From Candidatus Heimdallarchaeota archaeon (GTDB taxonomy: Archaea; Asgardarchaeota; Heimdallarchaeia; JABLTI01): a stretch of 64,000 nt of DNA. Each line of letters starts with the position of its first letter. Within the stretch, counting starts at the first letter, position 1. The position numbers and the translations under genes are program-made. Shown here in pieces: positions 20,503 to 29,948 of the stretch. Under the pieces are notes generated by a model. That model was given only the letters and a program-made list of their open reading frames with translations, was not told the origin of the DNA and searched no databases. Location: positions 160,001 through 224,000 of the forward strand of contig JABCTZ010000046.1 of NCBI GenBank assembly GCA_018238155.1, in the 5' to 3' direction.

Positions 20503-21483
20503 TTATAGCTTCATTTTTCTAATAATTATTGCGATAACAATTGTCACAACCAATATTGTGACCATAAATATCCAAAATGGAGCTGTTGTAAAGATCAACC
20601 CGGGATCTTGAGCAAATTCCTTAAAATTCACTCCACCAATTGATGCAATTAGATTTGGAATTGATATCACTGCTGTAAGTACAGCAATTAATCTCATAGT
20701 ATCATTCATTCGATTTGATGCAGATGAAAGATAAATTTCAACAATGCTACTCACACGATCTCGATAAGAAGAACTAAGATCATTCGCTTCCAAAATGTGG
20801 TCATAAACATCTGCGAAATATGTTTTTGCGGTCATACTGATTAATGGAGTATCATCAACAGCCAATTCCCTTAAGACTATTCTTTGAGGTCTTATTGCTT
20901 TTAAAATAATTAATATATTTGTTCGTAAGTCAAAAGTAGTATCTAGAACTTCTGTTTCAGGTTTATGAACAACAATTTCTTCAATATCTTCGATTAAATC
21001 TTCTATTTCCTCAAGTAAATCTAAATAGCTATCAATAAAAGTATCAATAACAACATAAGCTAAAAATGCCGCATGACGACCGATTATTCGAGTGTTTTTC
21101 AGCAAGATTTTATTATGAACAGATTTAAGGCTCATACCACCTCTTCGTTCTCGAATAGTAATTACAAAATTTTTCCCCAAATAAATAGCTATTTGATATT
21201 GATCTAATTCATTTTCTTCTTCTGGAAGTTTCCGAACACCAGCTAATATAATAAACAAATAATTGGGATATTCTTCCATTTTAGGGCGCTGATTAGCTTC
21301 TAAGCAATCCTCTATTGTTAATGAATGAAATTTGAATATTTTTTGAAGTGTGTTTAATTCATCTACTGATGGCTCAATGACATCAATCCAAATTACACCT
21401 AGATTCTCTTGAACAGCTTTTTCCATATCTAATTCGTGTAGAATTGAATCATTTTCGGAATAAGATAATATTCTTTTTATCAT
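20503..21483 (-). CDS. corA: CorA/ZntB-family divalent metal transporter
   Basis: WIDV..P, FHSLTIEDC, QRPKMEEY, YFADVYDH, NRMNDTMR, two C-terminal TMs with GVNF. Confidence 0.9.
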   Translation of the reverse strand: MIKRILSYSENDSILHELDMEKAVQENLGVIWIDVIEPSVDELNTLQKIFKFHSLTIEDCLEANQRPKMEEYPNYLFIILAGVRKLPEEENELDQYQIAIYLGKNFVITIRERRGGMSLKSVHNKILLKNTRIIGRHAAFLAYVVIDTFIDSYLDLLEEIEDLIEDIEEIVVHKPETEVLDTTFDLRTNILIILKAIRPQRIVLRELAVDDTPLISMTAKTYFADVYDHILEANDLSSSYRDRVSSIVEIYLSSASNRMNDTMRLIAVLTAVISIPNLIASIGGVNFKEFAQDPGLIFTTAPFWIFMVTILVVTIVIAIIIRKMKL

Positions 21484-21527
21484 TTTTGCACTTCATTATT
21501 ATTCAGTAATAAACTTGTATTTCAAGG

Positions 21528-21896
21528 TTAATCTTTTTGTTGTATTATTTCAAAGAGATTTTCATCAGGATCTTTTAACAAGAATGAAATAAACTGTTCT
21601 TGGACATAAATTTCAGTGTCTTGAGAAATTAATTCATTATCTTTACAATGTTGAAGAAAGCTAGCGATATCATCTACTTCTATTGCAAATACACCACCTT
21701 TTCTTATTGGAGCTCCATCATTGAGAGGTTCTGGATAAAGATAATAAGCGGTATTTGGTCCTCCATCTCGATAGCTGAAAATCAACAGCTTTTCATTTTC
21801 AACTAATGGAGATAGACCTAATTTAGTCATAAAAGATTTGGTTTGAGCTAAATCAGTTGAATGTAACCAAGTAGAAATGATTTTTGCTAATTTCAT
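21528..21896 (-). CDS. VOC/glyoxalase-family protein
   Basis: DL..TKSF..KLGL, FAIEVDDI, KDPDENLFEI; ATG at 21896 after GAGG. Confidence 0.8.
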   Translation of the reverse strand: MKLAKIISTWLHSTDLAQTKSFMTKLGLSPLVENEKLLIFSYRDGGPNTAYYLYPEPLNDGAPIRKGGVFAIEVDDIASFLQHCKDNELISQDTEIYVQEQFISFLLKDPDENLFEIIQQKD

Positions 21897-22290
21897 TGAC
21901 TTTTCCTCAAATTTTCTATCTACCTTACTCAAGACTTTTTTTACTTAAAAATAATTACCTTAAAGTTATTTTTTTTGTTAATAATTCTATATATTGATGT
22001 TAAAATCATGAGTGTTAATTGAAAAGATTAGTATAATCAAATTTTGATAAAAGCTCCGGAATATTATAAAAGAGAAGAAATAATAATCACTTCGTAAAAC
22101 ATCAAAAATAAAGGCTATGACATTTGCATACCATTAATTTTGAAGAAAAAGTTCAAATCAAAAGCTACTCTTTATTAAGATGACAACATAATCTTTTAAG
22201 GTAATCTTATCAATATTACTAAGTGTTAAATACCAATATTACTATAATAATTCAATATCTATGATTTACAAAACTGGACGTGAATAACAA

Positions 22291-22773
22291 ACGACAGAAA
22301 TACAATCAAATACGATAAAGAACAAAGATATTTCTGAAAATGTAGATCAAATATCTGCTGGTGGAGTTGTTTATCGTCAATGCGATGATAACAAAGTCAG
22401 AGTTGCTTTAATCAGAGATCAAAATACTCACAACTGGATTCTCCCAAAAGGTCGGATAGAGGACGGTGAAACTCTAGAAGATACATCAATTAGAGAAGTA
22501 AAGGAAGAAACAGGGCTCCAGGGTATTAAACTCGTTGAAAAAATTGGTAAAACAAACTATTGGTTTAGAACAAAAAGCAAAGATAAATTCACCAAAGAAG
22601 TTCATTTCTTCTTGTACGAAGATGAGACCTGCGAAGGTAAAATTCAGGTAGAAGCGGATCATTTTGACAAAGGTCAATGGTTTACCAAAGATGAAGCAAT
22701 TAAGAAAATAGGTTTCATTGCTCAACGGAAGATTCTTCATAAAGCCTTTAAATTAATTGAAGATGGAACATAA
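22291..22773 (+). CDS. Nudix hydrolase (Ap4A-hydrolase-like), missing from the ORF track; non-canonical or mutated start
   Basis: Hand translation gives ISAGGVVYR..WILPKGRIEDGETLEDTSIREVKEETGL..KEVHFFL, a complete Nudix box; frame is open from 22288 to TAA at 22773 with no ATG/GTG/TTG ahead of the box. Confidence 0.85.
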   Translation, partial: TTEIQSNTIKNKDISENVDQISAGGVVYRQCDDNKVRVALIRDQNTHNWILPKGRIEDGETLEDTSIREVKEETGLQGIKLVEKIGKTNYWFRTKSKDKFTKEVHFFLYEDETCEGKIQVEADHFDKGQWFTKDEAIKKIGFIAQRKILHKAFKLIEDGT

Positions 22774-23009
22774 TAATCCCTCTTTCTCCCCTTTTTACTT
22801 GTTTTATTCCAGTTATTGATTTCTTCAACAAAATAAAAGCCTAACTTCAATAAATATAAAAAAGGTTTTTTCATTCTATTTTGCAAATAAAAACACAGTT
22901 TAAGTCAAAAAAAGCAAAATAATGTGAAAAACTATTTATAAAGCAAGCTTCAAATAACAATTAGCTTCGGTGAAAAAACCCGAGGTAAAAAATTTGAGGA
23001 TAAAATATC

Positions 23010-23315
23010 ATGGATGAAACCTGTTCAAAATGTGGACTTCCGAAAGAACTGTGCATGTGTCAAGCAATAGCAAAAGAAGAACAAAGAATTAAAGTTCGAA
23101 TTGAAACTCGAAAATGGGGAAGAGAAGTAACGATGATAAAAGGACTCAACCCGAAAGAGGTTGACGTTCAAGCGTTAACTACTAAGCTTAAAAATAAGTG
23201 TGCTTGTGGTGGCACTTCTAAAGAAGGAGTCATTGAGCTTCAAGGTGACCACAGACATCGAATTAAGAAACTGTTAACTGCTGAAGGATATGATGAATCA
23301 AATATCGATATTTAG
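23010..23315 (+). CDS. sui1: Translation initiation factor aIF1 (SUI1 homolog)
   Basis: [38 protein letters not shown]. Confidence 0.95.
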   Translation: MDETCSKCGLPKELCMCQAIAKEEQRIKVRIETRKWGREVTMIKGLNPKEVDVQALTTKLKNKCACGGTSKEGVIELQGDHRHRIKKLLTAEGYDESNIDI

Positions 23316-23445
23316 TTATCAATATTCAAATGATATTTCACAGAAAATTTAGCAAAAGCTTTGAGTATCAATACAAAAGATTCTTTGTCGGAAGCCATAA
23401 TTTGGTTGGAATTCTTCCGACCTATTATCTTATTTTTCAAAATTG

Positions 23446-25464
23446 TCAATCTATTTTCATATAGCTATCTCCAGGAAGAATGGTTATTAATTCATCTAGG
23501 GCAGTTGCTTTTATTTTAGTCTTTGAAGCAAAATCAATATTTTTTATGAATTTTGCAACTATTTGTTTTGACATTTTACTTTTGATTGTTCCACCTGGTA
23601 CGACCTTAATGATTTTAAGCTTGTCTATGTCCTTCCTAGAAACCAATGCAGAAAATGGTCCACTTAAAACAAAAGCATTTTTTTCTTGAATCATAGGATA
23701 AACAGCTAATTCCAATGGAACATTTTTCAGAATATTTTTTGAGCCTTTAATTATAAAAGACCCTTTTGCTAGATATTCACCCGATGGCGCAGAAAACGTT
23801 ACTTGATCGGGTGTAACCCAAAATGTATCCTCAGCACTAACTCCATCTTTCCATGCTCTTGAATAGCAAACTGAGAACACTGCAGCTTCATCTATAGTAG
23901 ATTGTGGGATTGTTTTACCTTCGCCTTTAATTATAACAACAGCAGCACCATGGATTTCTGCATGGAGAAAAAGATCATCTTGGTCTAAATATCTCTTCAC
24001 GAGATCAAGATTAGTTCTTTGATCCTTTCCAGCAATCACCAAATGACCATCAGATGATTTAAACCAGTGGTACTTTTCAAACCATTCTTTCTTTCGTTTC
24101 TCGATCATTACTTTCTCTCTTTGAACTAATTCTTCATATCCTTCTTCGAGTTTCTTAATTCTTTCAGTTAATTCATCTATTTTCTTTTGTGCACCCGGAA
24201 TTTTGCTTTCAGATTTTTTCGCTTGCTTGTACATTGCACTAGCGTTCTCTGAACCTGTTTTAAGAAAATCTAAAACAACCTCAACGCCATCTAATTTTAC
24301 AATTACCGTTTTCTGTTTTTCTTGCACTTTTTTAAGGAGCCTTGCACCTTTCATTTCTTTTTTCTTGGCTTCATCCAATTTTTCTTTTATTTCTTTCCAG
24401 GGAATATTCTTATGACGAGCAGTTGTAATAGTTGATAAGAGTTCATCAATTTCACCAAGATAAAGGTACATTAACGCACCCTTTGCTTTCTCTTTCTCAG
24501 CAATTTTATTCATTGACTTTAGATGCTCTTCTTGTTTACGTTTTACTTGTACTATCTGAGCAACCCTTCTCTTTTCTGCCGTTAGCTCTACGTTAGAATC
24601 TTTATTGGACTCCATTGTGCTGAAATGTTCATCCAATGCATCACTAAAAATGTCTTGTTCAATTACCGTATCGTCTTTATATTTTAGCATTGGAAATGGA
24701 GTGATGTCAACCAATTCATTTGTTTCAGACTTTCGATAAGTTGTGGGATTAAATTCTCCTTTTGAAAGGGTTTTTCGCATTTTCTTTATTTGTTTAGTAA
24801 TGCTCTCTAATTGCTCATCAGTCATTTCTGATGATTTAATTTTAGGATCAACTTTCCCACGTAAAATCAACTCGAGAGAATAGTCCTTATTGATATTCAC
24901 TGTTCTAGAAAGAGCACTAACTATATCAGTATCTTTCTTATCCTTTAGCTCAGTTTTAACCCAATCTAAATCAGCTTCAAGTAAGTTCCTTCCAGAGGAA
25001 GGTGGAAATGCAAAATTAACCCCAGGGTGAATATCTCTATCTCTCATTTTCTTATAATGCTTAGCAACCAAGATACGATTCTCAGGACTGAGTAAAATCA
25101 AATTACCTTTCCCAAAAAGTTCGATAATAAGTGTATAAACACGTTCATGTGCTTCAAATTCTAAAACACAGATACGATCAAAATCGTACTGAGCTACGCT
25201 TTTGAGCCATTTACCTTTAATATGGATTCTAAAAACTTTGCAGAGACCTGATGGTTCGGGTGGGAAATTACGTTTAAATTTGGTGATATGTATTCTTTTT
25301 CCAGGTTCAACAACCAGTACTAGTGTCCCTTCTTTTTTCGTTCTAAATCTAAAAAAGAATATATCGTTAAGTTCAAATATGTTTTTAAGTTCACTACCAC
25401 CTATTCGGTGTGTAAGTTCAGCTATTACAGCATGTATATCGAAATTGGTCATATATGCTTTCAT
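23446..25464 (-). CDS. rqcH: Ribosome quality control protein Rqc2/NEMF homolog (NFACT)
   Basis: MTNFD, QYDFDRI, IELFGKGNLIL, WFEKYHWF.SSDG, AGKDQRTN, HAEIHGA, APSGEYLAKGSF; ATG at 25464 after GGTGA. Confidence 0.93.
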   Translation of the reverse strand: MKAYMTNFDIHAVIAELTHRIGGSELKNIFELNDIFFFRFRTKKEGTLVLVVEPGKRIHITKFKRNFPPEPSGLCKVFRIHIKGKWLKSVAQYDFDRICVLEFEAHERVYTLIIELFGKGNLILLSPENRILVAKHYKKMRDRDIHPGVNFAFPPSSGRNLLEADLDWVKTELKDKKDTDIVSALSRTVNINKDYSLELILRGKVDPKIKSSEMTDEQLESITKQIKKMRKTLSKGEFNPTTYRKSETNELVDITPFPMLKYKDDTVIEQDIFSDALDEHFSTMESNKDSNVELTAEKRRVAQIVQVKRKQEEHLKSMNKIAEKEKAKGALMYLYLGEIDELLSTITTARHKNIPWKEIKEKLDEAKKKEMKGARLLKKVQEKQKTVIVKLDGVEVVLDFLKTGSENASAMYKQAKKSESKIPGAQKKIDELTERIKKLEEGYEELVQREKVMIEKRKKEWFEKYHWFKSSDGHLVIAGKDQRTNLDLVKRYLDQDDLFLHAEIHGAAVVIIKGEGKTIPQSTIDEAAVFSVCYSRAWKDGVSAEDTFWVTPDQVTFSAPSGEYLAKGSFIIKGSKNILKNVPLELAVYPMIQEKNAFVLSGPFSALVSRKDIDKLKIIKVVPGGTIKSKMSKQIVAKFIKNIDFASKTKIKATALDELITILPGDSYMKID

Positions 25465-25478
25465 CGAGGTCACCAACT

Positions 25479-26141
25479 ATGGATAAAAAATCAAAGAAAG
25501 AAAAAGGTTCCTCAAAATCTAATAAGGAAATGCCATTAGACGAAGAAGTAGATTTGAGTGAATATGAGGAAACCAAACCAACAGATAAAGTAAATTACGA
25601 CGAATACGAGATTCCAGAAGATTTTGTTCCACCTGAAGATGAGATTGAAGAAAATCTAAATTGGTTCCAACGAAGAAGAAAAGCTCTCGGTGAGATGGAT
25701 AATTACCAAAGGCTTTACTGGATTAAAATTCTGAGTGGTATTATTACGGGCATGATTTTAGGTATTGCAGGTGCTCAAACAGCTTGGTGGATTATCTTGT
25801 TGGTCGGACAATACGCGATTATTACAGGTGGAGGCTACTTATTATTCAAATTAGAATGGAATGCAAAAGAAGTTCTGCTAAGTGGATTTTTCCCATATCT
25901 TGCATTATTTGTACTTTTTTGGACGTTAATGTTTACTTCATTTTATACTCCAACAATGAGTGATTGGATGCAATTATTATATGTTACAACAACTGTTAAT
26001 GAAACTTCTACAACTTACGTTTCAACATTCATTGAGTCTACAACTGCAGCAGGATTTCCAATACTTGAGATTGCTTTTATCACAGCCATGTGTTTAGGAT
26101 TATTACAGCATCTCCTGCGACGAAGAAGAGAATTAAATTGA
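25479..26141 (+). CDS. EMC6/Rab5ip(OPTI)-like membrane protein with C-terminal anchor extension
   Basis: LYWIKILSGIITGMILG...KEVLLSGFFPYLALFVLFWTLMFT 3-TM pattern; Thr-rich linker, GF motif, TM, RRRR; ATG at 25479 after GAGGT. Confidence 0.7.
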   Translation: MDKKSKKEKGSSKSNKEMPLDEEVDLSEYEETKPTDKVNYDEYEIPEDFVPPEDEIEENLNWFQRRRKALGEMDNYQRLYWIKILSGIITGMILGIAGAQTAWWIILLVGQYAIITGGGYLLFKLEWNAKEVLLSGFFPYLALFVLFWTLMFTSFYTPTMSDWMQLLYVTTTVNETSTTYVSTFIESTTAAGFPILEIAFITAMCLGLLQHLLRRRRELN

Positions 26142-26150
26142 ATATGTGTT

Positions 26151-26192
26151 TGAAGCAAATTAAATGCTTCATACAATTTTTCTGTTTTTTTA
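26151..26192 (+). terminator. Hairpin + T-tract terminator
   Basis: TGAAGCA-N7-TGCTTCA followed by TTTTTCTGTTTTTT. Confidence 0.45.
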
Positions 26193-26203
26193 ACTAAGAA
26201 AAA

Positions 26204-27319
26204 TTACTTTTTGGATACTTTTGGTAAAGAAATTTCAAGGGTGTTATTTGAAGTACTTCCATCCGGTATAGAAACAAATCCATCATATGAACGTAGAATT
26301 TCATTTACAACAAAAGGACCTAAACCTTGGAATGATTTTTCAGTTGTTGAACCTTTCATTTCTGAAGAACGAATAACATCCTTTTGATCATAAACCAATT
26401 TTGCTTGAAATGAATTAAAAGTCATTTTCCAATATTCCTTTCCATCTAATTCGATTTCATCAAAAGCTATTTTCATTTTGATTTTAGGACTAGGACTATT
26501 AAATAATGCTAATAATAGGATTTCTGAAATGAGGTGCGCGAGATTATTGTCAGCGTAAACATATTTGGGCTGGGTTAAATCAATCAAACATTCAAAATTT
26601 TTGTTTCTATAATCTTCTTTTAGGCGATTGAGCACAGAATTAATCGTTTCATTCAAATCTTTACTTTCAAGTTGTTGGCCGTTTTTTATTATTTGGCATT
26701 TCCGGATATTACGAGTTAATCGAGCATTTCTTCTTATTGATTCTTGGAATAATTGCAGAACTTTTGTCTGCTCTGAACTAGGATTAAGTTTTTGAATTTG
26801 AACCATTGTTAACAGTAAAGATTGATTCAATTCATCAACATTGTTAATGAGTAGGTCATTGAGGAAGCGAATCTCATTGTTAGCAATTTCAATATCCTTG
26901 AGGAATTTTCTATTTTGCGATTTAAGAGAAATTTTGTGGATAACTTCATCAAGAGTACTCAGAAGTTTATTTGAACTAACAGGTTTTTCAAGATAACCTG
27001 CAACTTCAAATTGCATTGACTTTATTGCTGAATCAATTGTCCCAAAACCAGTTATAATGATAAATTCTATGTCAGGGTTTATTGTTCTAAATTGCGAAAC
27101 TAAATCCATACCGTAAATATCAGGTAGATTTAGATCAATCATAGCAATATTGAAAGCCTCATCAGCAATGATTTGCTTTGCTTCTTCTCCAGTACCCACA
27201 CCAAAAACATTGGTAAAATTGTTTCTTTTAAGAACCTCCTCAAAAACATCACGAATATCAGCATCATCATCAATAATCAATATTTTAACTTCGGACCTTA
27301 TGAAACCATTCGAGCTCAT
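26204..27319 (-). CDS. Response regulator receiver fused to a degenerate histidine-kinase-like module
   Basis: ILIIDDD, IDLNLPD, ITGFG, EKP receiver motifs; C-terminal helical and HATPase-like remnants (VYADNNL, GLG.FVV..I) with no H-box His. Confidence 0.8.
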   Translation of the reverse strand: MSSNGFIRSEVKILIIDDDADIRDVFEEVLKRNNFTNVFGVGTGEEAKQIIADEAFNIAMIDLNLPDIYGMDLVSQFRTINPDIEFIIITGFGTIDSAIKSMQFEVAGYLEKPVSSNKLLSTLDEVIHKISLKSQNRKFLKDIEIANNEIRFLNDLLINNVDELNQSLLLTMVQIQKLNPSSEQTKVLQLFQESIRRNARLTRNIRKCQIIKNGQQLESKDLNETINSVLNRLKEDYRNKNFECLIDLTQPKYVYADNNLAHLISEILLLALFNSPSPKIKMKIAFDEIELDGKEYWKMTFNSFQAKLVYDQKDVIRSSEMKGSTTEKSFQGLGPFVVNEILRSYDGFVSIPDGSTSNNTLEISLPKVSKK

Positions 27320-27670
27320 TTATGAACATCCTTGAATCTAGATATGTGAGTATAATAGCTTTGCTAGATATTATCAATTTCCTCTTTCATTTCGGAGAAG
27401 AAACTAATATCTTTTAACGCTATCTATTATTGGTTTTTAAAACTTAGTTTTATAGCAATTCTATAAACTTTCATTGTATCAATCAATAAAGTAAGTAACA
27501 AAATAATAAAAATAACAAATAGAAGAAAAAGATAAACTACTCATTAGAAAGTAAAAAAATTGACTTTTACTTTAGAATTTAAATGTCATTCAGTAAAGTT
27601 ATTAAATGAAAAGTTCGATAGCTAAATCATCAATAAGCGATTTAATCGCTCATTTGAGGATGAATAAAAA

Positions 27671-28546
27671 ATGAAAAAATTAATGAAAATTACATTAGGA
27701 ATAGTAATTGCCAGTTTATTTATTGGAATGACCTTTGCTAAAGCAGATTTTTCTGTTACAACAGGTTTAGTAAATACTTACACAGTAAATGATTCTGAAT
27801 GGAATATTGTCTTTGATACAAATTCTAGTTCTGGAACAGGTTTTCAATTTGAAGACACACTTTTTGCAGAAGGAACTCAATTTACAGTCACTGTTGATGC
27901 ACAAACTAATACTACTGTAGATTATACAGTAAATGTTGGAGCTAAATCAGATACAAGTTCATATTCTGCCTTAGGCTTCGCTTTAGGTACAATATTGTTG
28001 TTAATCTTTCCAATATTAGTTTCAGCTGTAGTTCCAGATGGATCTTTTAATCAGACTGAAGCAGATATGGGATTAGGTTTAATGACATCAACATTTGTTG
28101 AACCTACCCTCGCAAATGAATTATTCTATCAATTTACTAATGAGACATTTGAAACAAGTATGTCAACCGGCATGTTAGGTACTGGATGGACTATTGATGA
28201 AATGGGTGGTACATTCGATAATGCTACGGATATAGCACTTTTCACATGGGTCTTTAATGGTAAATATGTAAATGCGACAACAAACACAGACGTTTCAGGC
28301 AAATATACCTACACCACAGCCTATGATCAAACAACAGGAGTAGTAATGGGAACCAGACTGGATTTCGATTACTCAGGGACAGTAGAAGGCTTAACATTTA
28401 AAATGGATTTCCTACAAGAAATTGAAATACTCGGTTATAATCTACCTGGTGGAGCTGGATTCATCAGTTTAGAGTGGTTCATTGTTCTTCCTGCTTTAAC
28501 CTTTGTTGGATTACTCGGTGCAGTAATTAAAAAAAGAAAACAATAA
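27671..28546 (+). CDS. Secreted, C-terminally anchored surface protein (choice-of-anchor S-like), paralog 1
   Basis: Signal peptide, many N-x-S/T sequons, YDQTTGVVMG, GF + TM + KKRKQ. Confidence 0.75.
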   Translation: MKKLMKITLGIVIASLFIGMTFAKADFSVTTGLVNTYTVNDSEWNIVFDTNSSSGTGFQFEDTLFAEGTQFTVTVDAQTNTTVDYTVNVGAKSDTSSYSALGFALGTILLLIFPILVSAVVPDGSFNQTEADMGLGLMTSTFVEPTLANELFYQFTNETFETSMSTGMLGTGWTIDEMGGTFDNATDIALFTWVFNGKYVNATTNTDVSGKYTYTTAYDQTTGVVMGTRLDFDYSGTVEGLTFKMDFLQEIEILGYNLPGGAGFISLEWFIVLPALTFVGLLGAVIKKRKQ

Positions 28547-28559
28547 AACAGTAAATAAT

Positions 28560-28594
28560 GCGTGAAAAAAATTCACGCTTATTTTAATTTTTTT
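28560..28594 (+). terminator. Hairpin + T-tract terminator
   Basis: GCGTGAA-N5-TTCACGC then TTATTTTAATTTTTTT. Confidence 0.5.
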
Positions 28595-28888
28595 GAATTT
28601 TTAAGAGATTAGCAAATTTTGAAATTATTCAAATTATCAATTTTATTATTTTCTCATGTTTATTTTTCGTTTTTGTTATAATTACTATCCTCCAAGAATA
28701 AATAATCCAAGCTAAATTAAATAAATTAACAGTAATTTATTCGAAAATTCTAACTAGTTAATCAGAATTCAATGTAAAAAAATACTTTTGAGTACCACAA
28801 AGTGACTTGTTTTGCTGTAGAAATATTTAATAAAAAAATAACCATTTATTAATTATCAAGCTAAATGATATTTTGGGGAGCAAACAAT

Positions 28889-29827
28889 TTGAAAAAATTA
28901 TTTAATATTTCATTAACAATATTATTTGTCAGTCTTTTTCTTGGAATGTCCTTTGTTAAAGGAGATTATGCAGTATTAGTAGGTACAGTAAATACTTATG
29001 ATGTAAATGATTCTGCATGGGACTTTGTAAGTGGACCAAATTCTAGTTCTGGAACAGGTTTTCAATTTGAAGGTCAAAAGTTTGCAGTTGGAACTCAGGT
29101 ATCAGTAACTGTTGATGCAGCAGCTGTAGACCAAATTGATTATACTGTCGATGTTGGGATAAAATCTGATACCAGCACAACTTCCTCATTTGTTTTTCTA
29201 GAACTTGGACTTATGTTATTCTATCCAATATTACTTTCCAGTGTACTTCCAGATACTTGGAATCAAACTGAAATTGATTTAGGAACAAATTTGATGGAAA
29301 TATTCTTTGTTGATCCCACACAAGCAAATGATTTCTTCTATGATTTTACAAATACAACATTTGTTTCAAGCGAAATCTCAGACCTTGAATGGACTTTTAC
29401 TGAAATAGGGGGGACATTTGAAATTGATAATAACATAGCAGTTTTCGATTGGACTCTCAATGCTCAAAATAAGAATGCAACTGCAAATACAAACTTCTCA
29501 GGCACATACTCATTCATTTTTGCTTATGATGAAACTACAGGAGAAGTTATGGGACACAAAATAGATCTTGATTACTCAGGAACAACAAAAGGTTCATTAT
29601 TAGACTTAGATTTTCTTCAAGAAATCGAAATGTTCGATTATGATTTACCTTATGAAATAATTTCACCAGAACCAAATACAACTGAAACATTTTCAAGTGT
29701 AATAGTAGGTTTCGAATGGTTAATTACTATTCCTGCTTTGGCTTTAATGGGATCACTTAGTGCAATACTCAAAAGAGAAAGTATTAAAATGTTAGATCTG
29801 TGTGAAAAAGATTCACACAAATTCTAA
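28889..29827 (+). CDS. Secreted, C-terminally anchored surface protein, paralog 2
   Basis: Collinear with 27671-28546 (NSSSGTGFQFE, YDETTGEVMG, DFLQEIE, GFEWL); TTG start at 28889 after GGGGAG. Confidence 0.75.
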   Translation: MKKLFNISLTILFVSLFLGMSFVKGDYAVLVGTVNTYDVNDSAWDFVSGPNSSSGTGFQFEGQKFAVGTQVSVTVDAAAVDQIDYTVDVGIKSDTSTTSSFVFLELGLMLFYPILLSSVLPDTWNQTEIDLGTNLMEIFFVDPTQANDFFYDFTNTTFVSSEISDLEWTFTEIGGTFEIDNNIAVFDWTLNAQNKNATANTNFSGTYSFIFAYDETTGEVMGHKIDLDYSGTTKGSLLDLDFLQEIEMFDYDLPYEIISPEPNTTETFSSVIVGFEWLITIPALALMGSLSAILKRESIKMLDLCEKDSHKF

Positions 29828-29948
29828 TTTTTTTATTAGAAAAATGAGAATAGCTCATTCCAAATTCATTCATATTGAGTTTTTTTTTCAAAAGATTATC
29901 GAGTTTAACTTTAAAGATATAAAGATAAAAAATAATGATGTATCACTT

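Noticed and set aside
22486-22740. 84-aa minus-strand ORF in the ORF track
   Set aside because: Shadow of the real plus-strand Nudix gene.
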